This document shows positions 48,872-61,555 of a stretch of DNA of 64,000 bases, one piece after another. How positions within the stretch are numbered: position 1 is the first letter of the stretch; each line of letters starts with the position of its first letter. Both the position numbers and the translations under genes were made by a program. The DNA is from Octopus sinensis (Eukaryota). The stretch lies in the NCBI RefSeq assembly GCF_006345805.1, contig NC_043006.1:53692001-53756000 (forward strand). The letters are read 5' to 3'. The notes beneath the pieces were generated by a model. The model was given only the letters and a program-made list of their open reading frames with translations. It made no database searches and had not been told where the DNA came from.

Positions 48872-49120
48872 GGAGGCGCGTGGCTTAGTGGTTAGGGTGT
48901 CAGCATCATGATCGTAAGATTATGGTTTCGATTTCTGGACCCGGCGACGCGTTGTGTTCTTGAGCAAAACACTTCATTTCACGTTGCTCCAGTCCACTCA
49001 GCTGGCAAAAATGAGTAACGCTGCGATGGACTGGCGTCCCGTCCAGCTGGGGAACACATGTGCTATTGAAACCGGGAAACAGGGCCCGTGAACCTGGCTA
49101 GGCTTTAAAAAGGGCGCATT

Positions 49121-49122
<2 letters not shown>
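48872..49122 (+). mobile_element. tRNA-derived SINE family C (CORE-like plus V-domain-like segments)
   Basis: A-box TGGCTTAGTGG(48881-91), B-box-like GGTTTCGATTTC(48924-35), TTGAGCAAAACACTT..TTGCTCC, CTGCGATGGACTGGCGTCCCGTCCAG. Confidence 0.8.
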
Positions 49123-49154
<32 letters not shown>

Positions 49155-50094
49155 TGTATGTATGTATGTATGTATGTCTTTATAAGCAGGTATGCCTATA
49201 TGCATGTGTGTATTAACTAAGTGTCTATATGCATATATATATATATATGCATGCATGTATAAAGTGTGTGGACAAGTGCATATATGCAAACGTACAAATG
49301 TGGGCCTGAGTACATATCTGTGTGTATGGAAGCGAGATATTGGATTACAAATATACGAGTATATGCTTCGTAAGTTTATATTGTAACGAGAGGCAACATA
49401 TTTGAGTATTTTTGATCTTTTGAAGAAATGCATGCCGGGAATGTATGTATAGATTAGTTCGAGGTTTTAGCTATAATCAGTTTAATAACAAAGTAGAAAG
49501 CCGTCATTAAAGCTCGCTACATATTATATAAGCGCGCTAAGGTAGCCCTGAATTATAAATGAATGAAAGTGACCAACGTTGAATGTTTGCAGCGCAATGG
49601 TGAAGCCGTACAAGTAAACCTTAAAACAGTGATAACGAATTCTGTCTCTCAAGGCAGGATGTGTTGTCGGAGCAGGATAGTTATATAAATTATAAACTGA
49701 AACTAAATTTATTTTAAATATTTTATTTTAAGATTTATCAAGAGCTCAAAAATTACAACTAAAAACAGAAGTAAATCAACAAAAGACATCGAGATATTAA
49801 AATTCAGATTATGAACAACTGGTTTGAAGAAATTAAATTTTTGTTCAAAATGGTGATTATCTATCGCATTACTTAAATACTTGTTTATATCTCTGTATTT
49901 ATGTTTTTTGGCTGGTTTCTTCTCTCTGGATACATTTAAGCAATTTAGTTGTGATTAACATAAACATATTCTTCTTTGTAACAGTATCAAATGATTTTGA
50001 TATACGTGTTATTCTCATTGTTGTCTCCTCTATCTCCCGTATCTATTTACGTTAGATATTAATTTATTTACGTTATAGAAGCAATACCAATCTA

Positions 50095-50536
50095 GGAAAT
50101 AGTCCAGTCCTTGTTGCAGTGTGGTGGCTTGCATGTCTCAATAACCCCGTGAGCTTCGCCAGCGAAGTTCAAGCTCCAGGTAAAACTTTCCATGCTGGAC
50201 AGGTCAAAATATAGAGGCCAGATTAATATGGACCAGCTCTTCCAAGAGGTAAAAACAGATTTGAGTAAGGCCACCACCTTTACCTAGAAAAAGTAAAATT
50301 ACAGAAGCATCGATGACAATTCAACACCAACACGATCTGGAGAATGAAGACCTTTCATTAGGTAAACATATTACACGATGCTGTAAAATCCGAAAGGAAG
50401 ATGGAAACAGAACTGGAAATGCAACGATCTAAATGGAAAAAAAACAAAAAAGGCAATACTGAGTCGAGAACAGTAGCAAAAAATTGTCGCTGGATTATAT
50501 TCCAAAAGGAACGAAGGACTTAAGTGGATAAGCAAG
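50095..50536 (+). mobile_element. Probable RTE-clade LINE 5' end (5' UTR and decayed start of the APE endonuclease)
   Basis: GCTTGCATGTCTCAATAACCCC..GAGCT..AGCTCCAGGTAAAACTTTCCATGCTGGACAGGTC..GAGGCCAGA resembles RTE/Expander 5' UTRs as recalled; adjoins the pogo-like element. Confidence 0.4.
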
Positions 50537-51772
50537 CAGTAGGGGAGACCGGGTCTAGTTGTTACACGGGTAAATTGTAACAAGCCCATTGTTTCCAGCT
50601 TCAAGAAATAGGTGGCACTCGGGTCTCTACTGCGTGAAGGCCAACTCCATAGCATCATGACTGCATATGTGTATTGTAATGACGGGCTTTCAACAGGAAA
50701 GTTATGGCTCAAAAAACGATTTTTTACTCCAAAAGTGAAATTTTGCCACAAAGTTATTTCCTTAACTAATAAAGCACAAGTGGTGTTACTGAAGTAGTTT
50801 GTGGCTCATTAGGAAGTGTTGGAAGTTGCCTTCGATACATGAAGGTGTGTCCTGGATGCCATGCATTGCCGGTGCTGTGTACGGGGTAATCCGCAGAAAT
50901 CCATGGTCGGGGCTAATTGTTACTGTGTATCAACTTACCCCAGGCACGTAACAACTTACCCTATCTATTTCAGTTTAACACGCCATGCCTAGAAATTAAC
51001 AAAAGGAAGACTACAAGTGGGGGGAGATACCCTTCCTCATGTCATGGAAAGAGCCGCCAAAAAAGTTGTAGATGAAAAGAAATCATTACGGGATGTTACC
51101 AAAGATTTCGAGGTAGGTTTCAAACTCATTAGATATGAAGTTACCGGTATCCCTTACGCTAACCTTTTAAGATGTTAACAGAACGTCAGCTGTACCAAAA
51201 AATAAACCTTCAACTTCTTTATATTTTCAGGTGAATTTCATGACGCTGCAGAGATACTGCAAGAAACTAAGGACAGAGGGGAAAATAGCCAGTGTTGGAT
51301 ATGCTTGCAGTTTTTACCAAGGGGCAAGAAGATTTGCTTGTGACCTACATCCTTAAAGCTGCTAAAATTTACTACGGTCTGACTCCTTCTGACATTCGAA
51401 GCCTTGCTTACGACTATGCGAAGGCCAATGAAATCAAGTGTCCACATTCCTGGGCTACCAATGAATCCGCTGGTGTTGACTGGTTCTGAAAGTTTATGAA
51501 GCGGAATTCCAACCTCTCCATCCGAACCCCAGAAGCCACAAGTCTGAGTAGGGCAACAAGCTTCAATCGAACTAAGTTTTTTGGTAATCTGATAGAGGTG
51601 CTGGACCGCTATAAGTTTGAGGGACATGACATCTACAACTGTGATGAGACGGCTGTCACAACAGTGCAACGACCAGATCGAAATGTGGCAGAGAAAGGAG
51701 TGAAACAAGTTGGAGCGATGACTTACACTGAGAGAGGGGCCCTGGTGACAGTCTACCTTGCAGATCAGAGTC
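50537..51772 (+). mobile_element. pogo/Fot1-like DNA transposon, 3'-truncated, decayed transposase with a spliceosomal intron (51113-51230)
   Basis: Left-end-like CAGTAGGGGAGACCGGG; HTH_psq MERAAKKVVDEKKSLRDVTKDFE|VNFMTLQRY; CENP-B-type HTH (IRSLAYDYA..AGVDWF..FMKRN..LSIRTPE); IYNCDET. Confidence 0.85.
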
Positions 51773-52008
51773 GAGAAAAAAGTCTAATCAAACGCAGTGG
51801 ATTGACGGTACTGTAATAATTGTTTCTACTATAGGTACAATGCCTGAACGGTACTGTCGGAGCGGAAGCCTTGTATATGTTTCTGGTCTTGATCTTCTGG
51901 TTTCAAATCCCGCTGTGGCCTACTTGGTAGTAGACCTTACTCGTTCCCTCTCACCAGTCTTAGAGTGTCAGAAAAGGGTCATCGGCACTACCCTCCCTCC
52001 AAGCTAAA

Positions 52009-52052
<44 letters not shown>

Positions 52053-52060
52053 GCGCGTGC

Positions 52061-52273
52061 ACAGGTTGAAAAGTTCGCAGCTTTAAGGGTATCGCTAAAG
52101 GCCTGGTTGGATGGACCAACCTTCAGTTATTTTACAGAACTTAGAAAATTTGAGGAACCGCTTCAATAAATGTGTGAATCTGAGAGAGGGATATGTTCAA
52201 TAAAATCATAATCAATTGATCCTCTTGTATTTTCTTTTACCCAAAACCAGGAACTTTTCAGCACTCCCTGGTA
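52061..52273 (+). mobile_element. Mariner-derived MITE (same family as 15929-16151)
   Basis: GCTTTAAGGGTATCGC..GAATCTGAGAG..AAAATCATAAT..GAACTTTTCAGCAC. Confidence 0.8.
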
Positions 52274-52319
52274 TACATACATATATATATATATATATGT
52301 GTGTGTATGTGTGTGTGTG

Positions 52320-52400
<81 letters not shown>

Positions 52401-52789
52401 CAAGCTCAATAAAAATCTACAAGAGTTTCTATGGGTAAATAGTTGTGACAAAGAGTTTGAAGAGGCCGAAACATTTATTCATAATCAATCAGAAAGATGT
52501 ATAGCCTATTTACGCACACACGTACATATATTTATACATTATACATTCATGCATATTTCGCCAACCATGTTTAACTCCGCCACCTAGCCTTCAAGTGCAT
52601 TTAGTAGAGTTATTATGTTGCAAGCATTTGGACCGAGTTTCCGGGCTGTAACAGCTTGTGAATCGTGGTTTCCCTCCCCACGTCCCGACCACCGTCCTCT
52701 AAGTCATTTAAAAATAACCTTGCTACCGAGCAAGCAACCGCTCAAAATAAACACTAGAAGTTCAATCAGAAAGTGGTTAATCTTACATC

Positions 52790-53640
52790 TATACATAGAT
52801 GCATACATCCACCCATCCATACACATCCATTCATCATAATCCATACGTGAATACATAGAGATCATACATACGTACACATACATAATAGAGACATCCAGGC
52901 ATATTATATACATAACTACATATGTAATCTTCTGCATGTATACGCACACAACGTTCATATATACACGCATACATGCATACATGCATAACTACACAAGCAC
53001 ATACGCATTCATACATAGAATACATATAGGCATACACGAATGCATACATAAATGCGTTTATCCATACAAACATATATGCATACATAAATACATACATGCA
53101 TACATGCATGCATGCATACATACATACATACATACATACACACATACACACACATACATACATACATACATACATACATACATACATACATACATACATA
53201 CACACACACATACATACATACATACATACACACACACACATACATACACACACACATACATACATACATACATACATACATACATACATACATACATACA
53301 TACATGCATACATACATACATGCATGCATACATACATACATACATACATACATACATACATACATACATGCATGCATACATACATACATACATACATACA
53401 TACATACATACATACATACATACATACACGCATACATACATGCATACATACACACACACATACATAATACATACATACATACATACATACATACATACAT
53501 ACATACATACATACATACATGCATGCATACATACATGCATGCATACATATACATACATACATACATACATACATACATACATACACACATACATACATGC
53601 ATACATACATACATACATACATACATACATACATACATAA
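52790..53640. repeat. Long (CATA)n/(CA)n/(CATG)n microsatellite block
   Basis: Directly visible. Confidence 0.97.
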
Positions 53641-53929
53641 CTACCTTCGTACCTACAATCGTACATGAATGCAAACATACATATTTTTCTTCTTTTTTAT
53701 CTGTGGACGATTTGTGAATATGACAACTGGTGATTTATAGCGTCGCTAGTTGCAGGTTTCCAATGTCCAGTAATTGATTCACTGGATTTGCAATGGTGAC
53801 GTCACAGAGGAGTGTCTGCAATTCGGTGCAGAACAAATACGTAAGAGATTTCGTTCGAAGAGCAGAGGTTTTTCAGCTATTTCTTTAAAAGTTTACGTCC
53901 AATGCCGATGTAACTCGGCGAAAGATATT

Positions 53930-54630
53930 TATACACATTCATGTATACATATATGTATACATTCATACATACATTCAAACTTACATACATACATGCATAA
54001 ATACATACGTGCATACACAAATACATATGTTCAAGCATGCATACATACATACATACATACATACATACATACATACATACACATACATGCATGCATGCAC
54101 GCATACATACATACATACATACATACATACATACATACATGCATGCACACATACATACATACATACATACATACATACATACATACATACATACGTACGT
54201 ACGTACGTACATACATACATACATACAACCATACATACATACATACATACATACATACATACATACATGCATGCATACATACATACATACATACATACAT
54301 ACATACATACATGCATGCATGCACACATACATACATACATACATACATACATACATACATACATACATACATACATACATACATACATACATACATACAT
54401 ACATGCATACATACATACATACGTACGTACGTACGTACGTACATACATACATACATACATACATGCATGCATGCATGCATACATACATGCATGCATGCGT
54501 GCATGCATACATGCATGCATGCATGCATGCATACATACATACATACATACATACATACATACATACATACATACATACATACATACTTACGTACGAACGT
54601 ACGTACGTACATGCATACGTGCATACACCT
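53930..54630. repeat. Long (CATA)n block with (CGTA)n and (CATG)n variants
   Basis: Directly visible. Confidence 0.97.
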
Positions 54631-55260
54631 CAATAAAAACATCAGTACAAACATGACATTGTTACTTCAATGATTTCTATTCCTTAGAGCTGACTGGTCT
54701 TGCGCTCTCTTCCAACTCGTCTCTCTGCTTCTTGTCATCTTTGTTTCGTCCAGTCCTCAGGTCCCTCTCTAACAAATATCTCCACCTCTTCCCCTCCCCT
54801 AGAACATCGACTTGTTAGAACCTCTTCCTTCTTCATCTCATTCTTTCAGATATTGACTTGCAACAATTTAGATGGAAATTTAAAGGCATCAATCTCAGCG
54901 GTCTAGGAGGACCTGCAAAGACATGGGAACAACTAATTCCTTTAACTGCAGTAAATAAAAAAAAAAGGGATGTGGTTCGCTTGGCTTTTGCATACTTGGT
55001 TGAAGAATTCTTTTCGCTGCTGTTGTTTAACAGATGCTACGACACTTAAAGGCAATCTACACCATTCTTATGCCATTTTCCTCCCACCTTTTTTCTTCTG
55101 CGAACCAAGTTAGTGCCACTGTTTCTGTGAGACCTTTCTATTGTCCTCGGAATCTCAAGGGTTTTAAACATATTTGGGACAATTTTTTCCTATATCCCAA
55201 AATATCCAACATATAGGTATCGGTATCTGTTCTGTAGATTCATTGAGATGTTATTTTTAA

Positions 55261-55505
55261 ATGTATGTATGTATGTATGTATGTATGTTTGTATGTATGT
55301 ATGTATGTATGTATGTATGTATGTATGTATGTATGTATGTATGTATGTATGTATGTATGTATGTATATATGTATGTATATATGTATGTTATGTATGTATG
55401 TATGTATGTATGTATGTATGTATGTATGTATGTATGGCTGGATGGATGGATGGATGGATGTATGCATGCATGTATGCATGCATGTATGTATGTATGCATG
55501 TATGT
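55261..55505. repeat. (TATG)n/(GATG)n block, opposite orientation to the previous two
   Basis: Directly visible. Confidence 0.97.
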
Positions 55506-56159
55506 GCGAGCGTATGCGTGTTTGCTTTTCTTTTTCTAACTGAAACTTTCGATTTTATTTTGAGTGGTCACCTTCTTCGATGATGAGCTTATAAGGAAAA
55601 AAAATCCATTAAAAACTAAAGAGTCTTGTCCTTTCACCATCCTTTGCACAACTAGTCATTCTTTAAATTTGAAGATGGTCTTAAAGATTTGTATTGTCCC
55701 AGATATCATGATTTATAGTATAAGCATTGTGGAATCACATTCTTTAGCCAAAAATCGAAATTCAGCCATATTTTGATCTACGCAAGTTTGTGCATATTCT
55801 GGCATGATGCTGAAAGTGTACTTTGAGGACTTGATTTGCAGATTACTTACCAATGATCGATAGATATCTTCTTTCTCTTGTACTTTTGCTTACAACGTTG
55901 ACGTCAAGTGGGCAACTGATTTCCACTACAGAATGTTTTTACTTTGAGATCTCAACAGGAATATCAGGTCTATTGTGTTCTAATTTAGTTATTTTTACTT
56001 TCAGGTTTCATAAATATTCATTTGATCTGTCAGTTTTAATATGTTCATTTTGTGATTTTTTTTTCTGTTTTACTCTATTTCAGATTGCTTTGGCTACAAC
56101 ATCGTTATCAGCTTATATTTTACGCTACTTCTCAACTTTATTCACTACCCTAAAGAGGA

Positions 56160-56345
56160 TTTCCGTTGTACTCTTGAGCAAACAGCTTAATTTCACGTTG
56201 CTCCAGTTCACTCAACAGCAAAGGTGACAGACTGACGTCTCGTTCTGGAGCAATGTTGACCTGTACGCCTAATCAGCTGAGTGGCATCATTCGAAAGGTA
56301 AAATAATGCGAGGAACTGCATGGTGACCAGCGCTATGTAACAACA
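56160..56345 (+). mobile_element. Fragment related to SINE family C
   Basis: CTTGAGCAAA..TTTCACGTTGCTCCAGTTCACTCA is shared with 48955-49005. Confidence 0.5.
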
Positions 56346-56381
56346 ACCTACAGTCTTATTGATGCAGTGACAGTGATATAT

Positions 56382-56450
<69 letters not shown>

Positions 56451-56488
56451 TATATATATACATATATATATTATATATATATATATAT

Positions 56489-56536
<48 letters not shown>

Positions 56537-56558
56537 TATATATATATATATATTATAT

Positions 56559-56625
<67 letters not shown>

Positions 56626-56639
56626 ATATACATATATAT

Positions 56640-57015
56640 TAGAGGAAAAGAACATCAAAATCCAAGGCAGAACGAGTATCTCAAGCTATTTATAATAATT
56701 TAATTAGGGTAAGATTAATTTGAAGTCTTACAGCTGTTTCTGGGATATCCCAAGTGATAGGCTTAAATCTTATATCTACTTTTACTCTTTATTCTTCTAT
56801 TTTATTCCTTATAAACTGTAGATTTTTGTCTCTAGAACTTTCATACATACTCACTTTATCTCTGATGACGGAGTACCCAGTGTACGAACATGCTAGTCTA
56901 TCACTTGGGATATCCCCCAAAACAGCTGTAGGACTTCAAATCAACCTTACCCTAATTAAATTATAAATGACTTGAGATACTCGTCCTGCCTTGGTTTTTA
57001 TGTCATTTTCCTCTA
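56640..57015. mobile_element. Penelope-type inverted pseudo-LTR pair with hammerhead remnants
   Basis: 56640-56760 vs 56898-57015 are reverse complements; CTGATGA at about 56862; (G/A)AAACAGCTGT-A palindromic stem-III motif in both arms. Confidence 0.65.
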
Positions 57016-57132
57016 ATGTACATCTACGAACACAGTAGCCTAATATGGATCCCTAGCTCCAGCCTCAGCTGTGAACTTGGGACTTAGCGTACTTATTCGT
57101 ATAGATCACCAGTGTACTAAACCCCTCATATT

Positions 57133-57224
<92 letters not shown>

Positions 57225-57577
57225 TTAGACATACACGTATATGTATTTTTATATGCGAGAAACTGTGTACATAAAATAAAAGATCTTTTTATAACAGTTA
57301 AAATAATTTATTAAAATGAAAGTCATCTTTTTTTGTTAAATAATTCATATAAATCAGTTAATTTAACTACATTAATTAATAATTTAGCGATGTAGACGCC
57401 CACCCAAAACAGAGATCTAAATTCTTTCTTCTTCAATAATTGATTAGTTTAACTAATTTAACTAATAATTTATCATATTAATTAACGATTTAAATGATCA
57501 TTTAAGTTTAATAATTTAAAATTTTAGTTAATTCAGTCAAATAATTAATATAGTTTCAATCAAATAATTAATGTATA

Positions 57578-57890
57578 GGCGCAGGAGTGGCTGTGTGGTA
57601 AGTAGCTTGCTTAGCAACCACATGGTTCCGGGTTCAGTCCCACTGCGTGGCACCTTGGCAAGTGTCTTCTACTATAGCCTTGGGCCGACCAAAGCCTTGT
57701 GAGTGGATTTGGTAGATAGATGGAAACTGAAAGATGTTGGTGTGTTTACGTTCCCATAACTTAGCGATTCGGCAAAAGAGACTGATAGACCTAGGCTTAC
57801 AAAGAATAAGTCCTGGGATCGATTTGTTCTACTAATGGCAGTGCTCCAGCATGGCCACAGTCAAATGACTGAAACAGATAAAAGAATAGA
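57578..57890 (+). mobile_element. SINE family B with an internal deletion removing the microsatellite
   Basis: Head and CORE join the 3' half directly at ACTGAAA|GATGTTGGTG. Confidence 0.88.
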
Positions 57891-57947
57891 GAATAGTTGA
57901 TAAACTTAATTTCATTATTTTAATTTATTAATCAGGTAAAGTGCATA

Positions 57948-58115
57948 ACGGCATTTCGCTCGACCTCACGTTCTATGTTCAAATTCCACTAAGGTCGACT
58001 TTTTTTTCATCCCTTCGGGGTCGATAAAACGAGTACCAATTGAATACTGAAATCGATTTAATCAACTTACCTCTTCCCTAAAATTGCTGGGCCTGTGCCA
58101 AAATTTGAAACCAAT
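57948..58115 (+). mobile_element. SINE family A, 5'-truncated, tail type 2
   Basis: Body module plus AAATTTGAAACC tail. Confidence 0.8.
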
Positions 58116-58496
58116 ACAACTGTCAATGTAACTTAATTATCGGAATACTAAAGTAATCTTACTTTATCAATAACTCATCTAATTTCACTAAACTACTCTT
58201 TTCTCTTTAATCAAGTGTTTTACCTCTGGTTGTCATCAGGTGCTCTTCTGACGGCTGCTAATTGAATTAGTTAAAATGCAATCTTTCATAAAACAGTAAA
58301 GATTAGTTTGATAGTCTGATTAGTTCATATTTATTTATGTGAAGAGAAGGAAAGTTGAAAGAGAAGGAAAGTTGAAAGAGAAGGAAAGTTGTTTGATGCC
58401 TGAAATTAAATTATCTATATAGTCATTTATAGGGATAAACTTGCAAGTGAGACAGGATATTTCAAATGGCTGCCCTTCTCTGAAAGAAGCATTAAT

Positions 58497-58630
58497 GACG
58501 TAATCAAAATTTTGGGATATGATCGATAATTGATCACGTAATCAATATTTTGAAACATGATCAATAGTTGGTGACGTAATCAACACTTTGGGACATGATC
58601 AATTGTAGGTGGCATGATCAATATTTGATG
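58497..58630. repeat. 38-bp tandem repeat, about 3.5 diverged copies
   Basis: ACGTAATCAA starts at 58498, 58536 and 58574. Confidence 0.85.
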
Positions 58631-58721
58631 ATTAATGATTGTAAGTATATCTATTATCAGAGTATAACAGCAACTTCTATGTCAATCGACATTTTTTTTA
58701 TTTCTATTTAGTGTAACATTA

Positions 58722-58925
58722 GTTTCAAGTTTTGGCACAAGACCAGGAATTTATGAGGATAAGGTAAGTCGATTCCATTGGCCCCAATGTTCAACTGGTA
58801 CTTATTTTATCGACCCAGAAAGGATGAAAGACAACGTCTACCTCGACGAAATTTTAACTAAGAACGTAAAGATAGACGAAATGCTGTTTTACCCGGCGTG
58901 CTAACGATTCTGCCAGCTCGCGGCC
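58722..58925 (-). mobile_element. SINE family A monomer, tail type 2
   Basis: Reverse-complement head at about 58890-58925, then body and tail. Confidence 0.85.
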
Positions 58926-59807
58926 TCTATTTACTGTAATATTAATATTAGTTAGTTAACATATACCTTCCCAAACTGTACATACTGATTTCCATTTACT
59001 ACTGTAACATCGATATTAGCTAAAATAAATAAATAAATAAATAAATAAATAAGGAAAAAAAACTTTCCCAAATTATACCGACTGGTTTCTGTCTCCTGTA
59101 ACATTGGCGTCAGGATCAAAAACAATAACTAGTTTATCTTTTACATTCGAATGTTATGTCAAATTCTATCATTTTCTATCTGAGCAGCCATCCCACAGAC
59201 AGTATTGTTGAAAGTCTCGGCATATAACGTCACCTTTCAACTAATTGACATTTGAGGCAGCAGTTGATGATATATCTTCCACGTTATCTTTCCATTATCC
59301 GTTTCATGTAACAGACAAATATTATCACAGAGGCTTTTCTCTCTCGTTCATTCAGGAAATAATTTAGTAGATTTTTTTTTTCTTTTAATGTTTAGGCTTA
59401 GCGAAGGCGCATAGCTCAAAATGTGAATTGATACCGCTGGTTAATCTACGATAAGCTGATTTGCTTTCTTATATTGATGTAATTATCCGTCTTATAGGAT
59501 AAAAAATAATGTAAAACATTAGTTGCAGCCCATGTTGGTGAAAACCAGTTCAATGAACTTCAACAAATTAAACAAAGTTCGTATCTTATTAAGAGGCGAG
59601 AATCGTGAATTATGGCCCTGACATATCCTTATACAACTAATAAGCGACATTCAAAATTTGTTTGCTTTGATCTCAAACTCCTTCACTTCGTATTCCGATG
59701 GTTGGTGAGGAAATTGACAGTGGTAATCAGTAGCATTCTTCAAGGGATATTTTTCGAACGTTCAATCAAACACCGCAAACATCGGTGCCAATATTAGTAC
59801 TACGAAA

Positions 59808-60201
59808 GGCGGCGAGCTGGCAGAAACGTTAGCACGCCGGGCGAAATGCGTAGCCGTATTTCGTCTGCCGTTACGTTCTGAGTTCAAATACCGCCGCGGT
59901 CGACTTTGTCTTTCATCCTTTCGGGGTCGATTAAATAAGTACCAGCTACGCACTGGGGTCCATATAATCGACTTAATCCGTTTGTCTGTCCTTGTTTGTC
60001 CTCTCTGTGTTTAGCCCCTTATGGGTAGTAAAGAAATAGCTATTTCATCTATCTACGTTCTGGGTTCAAATTCTGCCGAGGTCGACTTCGCCTTTCATCG
60101 TTTCAGAGACGATAAAATAAGTACCAGTTAAGGATTGAGGTCGATGTAATCGACTTACTCTCTGCCCCCAAATAGCTGTCCTTGTGTCAAGATTTGAAAC
60201 C
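59808..60201 (+). mobile_element. SINE family A dimer flanked by a single TSD
   Basis: TATTAGTACTAC at 59792-59803 and 60204-60215. Confidence 0.92.
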
Positions 60202-60386
60202 AGTATTAGTACTACAAGGTTGTTTCATTCTGAATCCTAACGTAATAATCATTAGTTACTCTAGTCGTGTTGCCTAACGATCTTATAGAATACATTATTA
60301 ATCTATCCTAAGGTTTTATTTGATTTACAAATATAAATGATATAAAGGCCATTGATAGTTTAACTGTAGTTTATAGTAGGATGCAA

Positions 60387-60600
60387 GGCGGCGATCTGGC
60401 AGAAACGTTAGCACGCCAGGCGAAATGCTTAGCGGTATTTCGTCTGCCGTTACGTTCTGAGTTCAAATTCCGCCGAGGTCGACTTTGCTTTCATCCTTTC
60501 AGGGTCGATAAATTAAGTACCAGTTTCGCACTGGGGTCGATGTAATCGACTTAATCCGTTTGTCTGTCCTTGTTTGTCCCCTCTGTGGTAGTAAAGAAAT
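60387..60600 (+). mobile_element. SINE family A monomer, tail type 1
   Basis: Near-consensus copy. Confidence 0.92.
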
Positions 60601-61555
60601 ATATAGTTGGATGTGAAATCTTTTTCTGGACAGATTCCATTTGCAGTTCGGGTGAAAATGTTTCTACTAGTTTAAATTGTTTCCTTGCTCCATTTTATTA
60701 TTGATAAATTTTCAAGTCGTCAATGAAAAAGTCTAGTCTAACATCAATGTCCTTTGTTATTAAGGAGCTTATTTCCTTGAAAGCAGCGACAGTAGCGTTT
60801 TTGTGCCAAAACAGACAATAACATGGTTATTTTCTCGGAATATTTCCCATTTAAGTTTTATAGTGTTGGAAGATAATTGCTAGTTTTTCTGTACTCAACA
60901 ATAGAATGAACGACCTAATTTTGTAAAACCTTGAAATGCTTGGTACTTCGGCAAATTAAGATGATTCTGGTAATCATAGATGATGGACTAAATAAAAAAA
61001 TCCTCTTTATCGTGCAGTGTCTTATTGCCTCAGCGATTACATTTATATTGATAAAAAGTTGTCCAACACAGACCCATATTCCCTTATCCACCAGTTGTTC
61101 GTCATCGATTATCTTGTTGGATTGCCAATGATCCCAGGAAATCTGATTAAGACAGCTTCTGTGTAATTTATACACGATTAAAAAAAAATATCGTTACAAT
61201 ATAGCTCTCCAGCAAAATTGTCTTTTTACGCCGTCAAAAGAAATTATTACCATTGTCATGATATTCTTTGCTTCTTTTGTGATGTCTGGCATAGAAGAGT
61301 GTAACGTTTCCAGTTCAACTAATCCGCGATTTGGTTTCGATTCTCACTTGTAACTATTTTCAGTTGTTCATGCTCGCTGATATTTTTCGAAAAGTACGAC
61401 ATGGGCTTGCATATGGCTGTGCAGCTCAGCAGTTTTTAACGCTGTGCTTCCAGGTTCAAGTCTACTGCACAGTACTTCGGTTAAATGTCTTCAATCATAA
61501 ACTTGGGTTAAGGCATGTCATGTGGATGGAATTTGGTTGGTAGAAACAGTATAGA

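Noticed and set aside
48872-48945. tRNA-like head as a true tRNA gene (also the family A and B heads)
   Set aside because: A/B boxes are present but there is no complete cloverleaf; each continues into a SINE body
53755-53845. Possible + strand exon (TTGCAG acceptor to GTAAGA donor)
   Set aside because: Stops in all three frames and no partner exons
52834-54673. Long ORFs of MYVC/HTYI repeats (up to 299 aa)
   Set aside because: Pure translation of (CATA)n microsatellite; open in several frames on both strands
54650-55240. Possible decayed LINE ORF N-terminus on the minus strand
   Set aside because: Only vague compositional resemblance; no diagnostic motif
60650-61330. Coding-like minus-strand segment containing FFIDD
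   Set aside because: Many stops; no other RT motifs at the expected spacing
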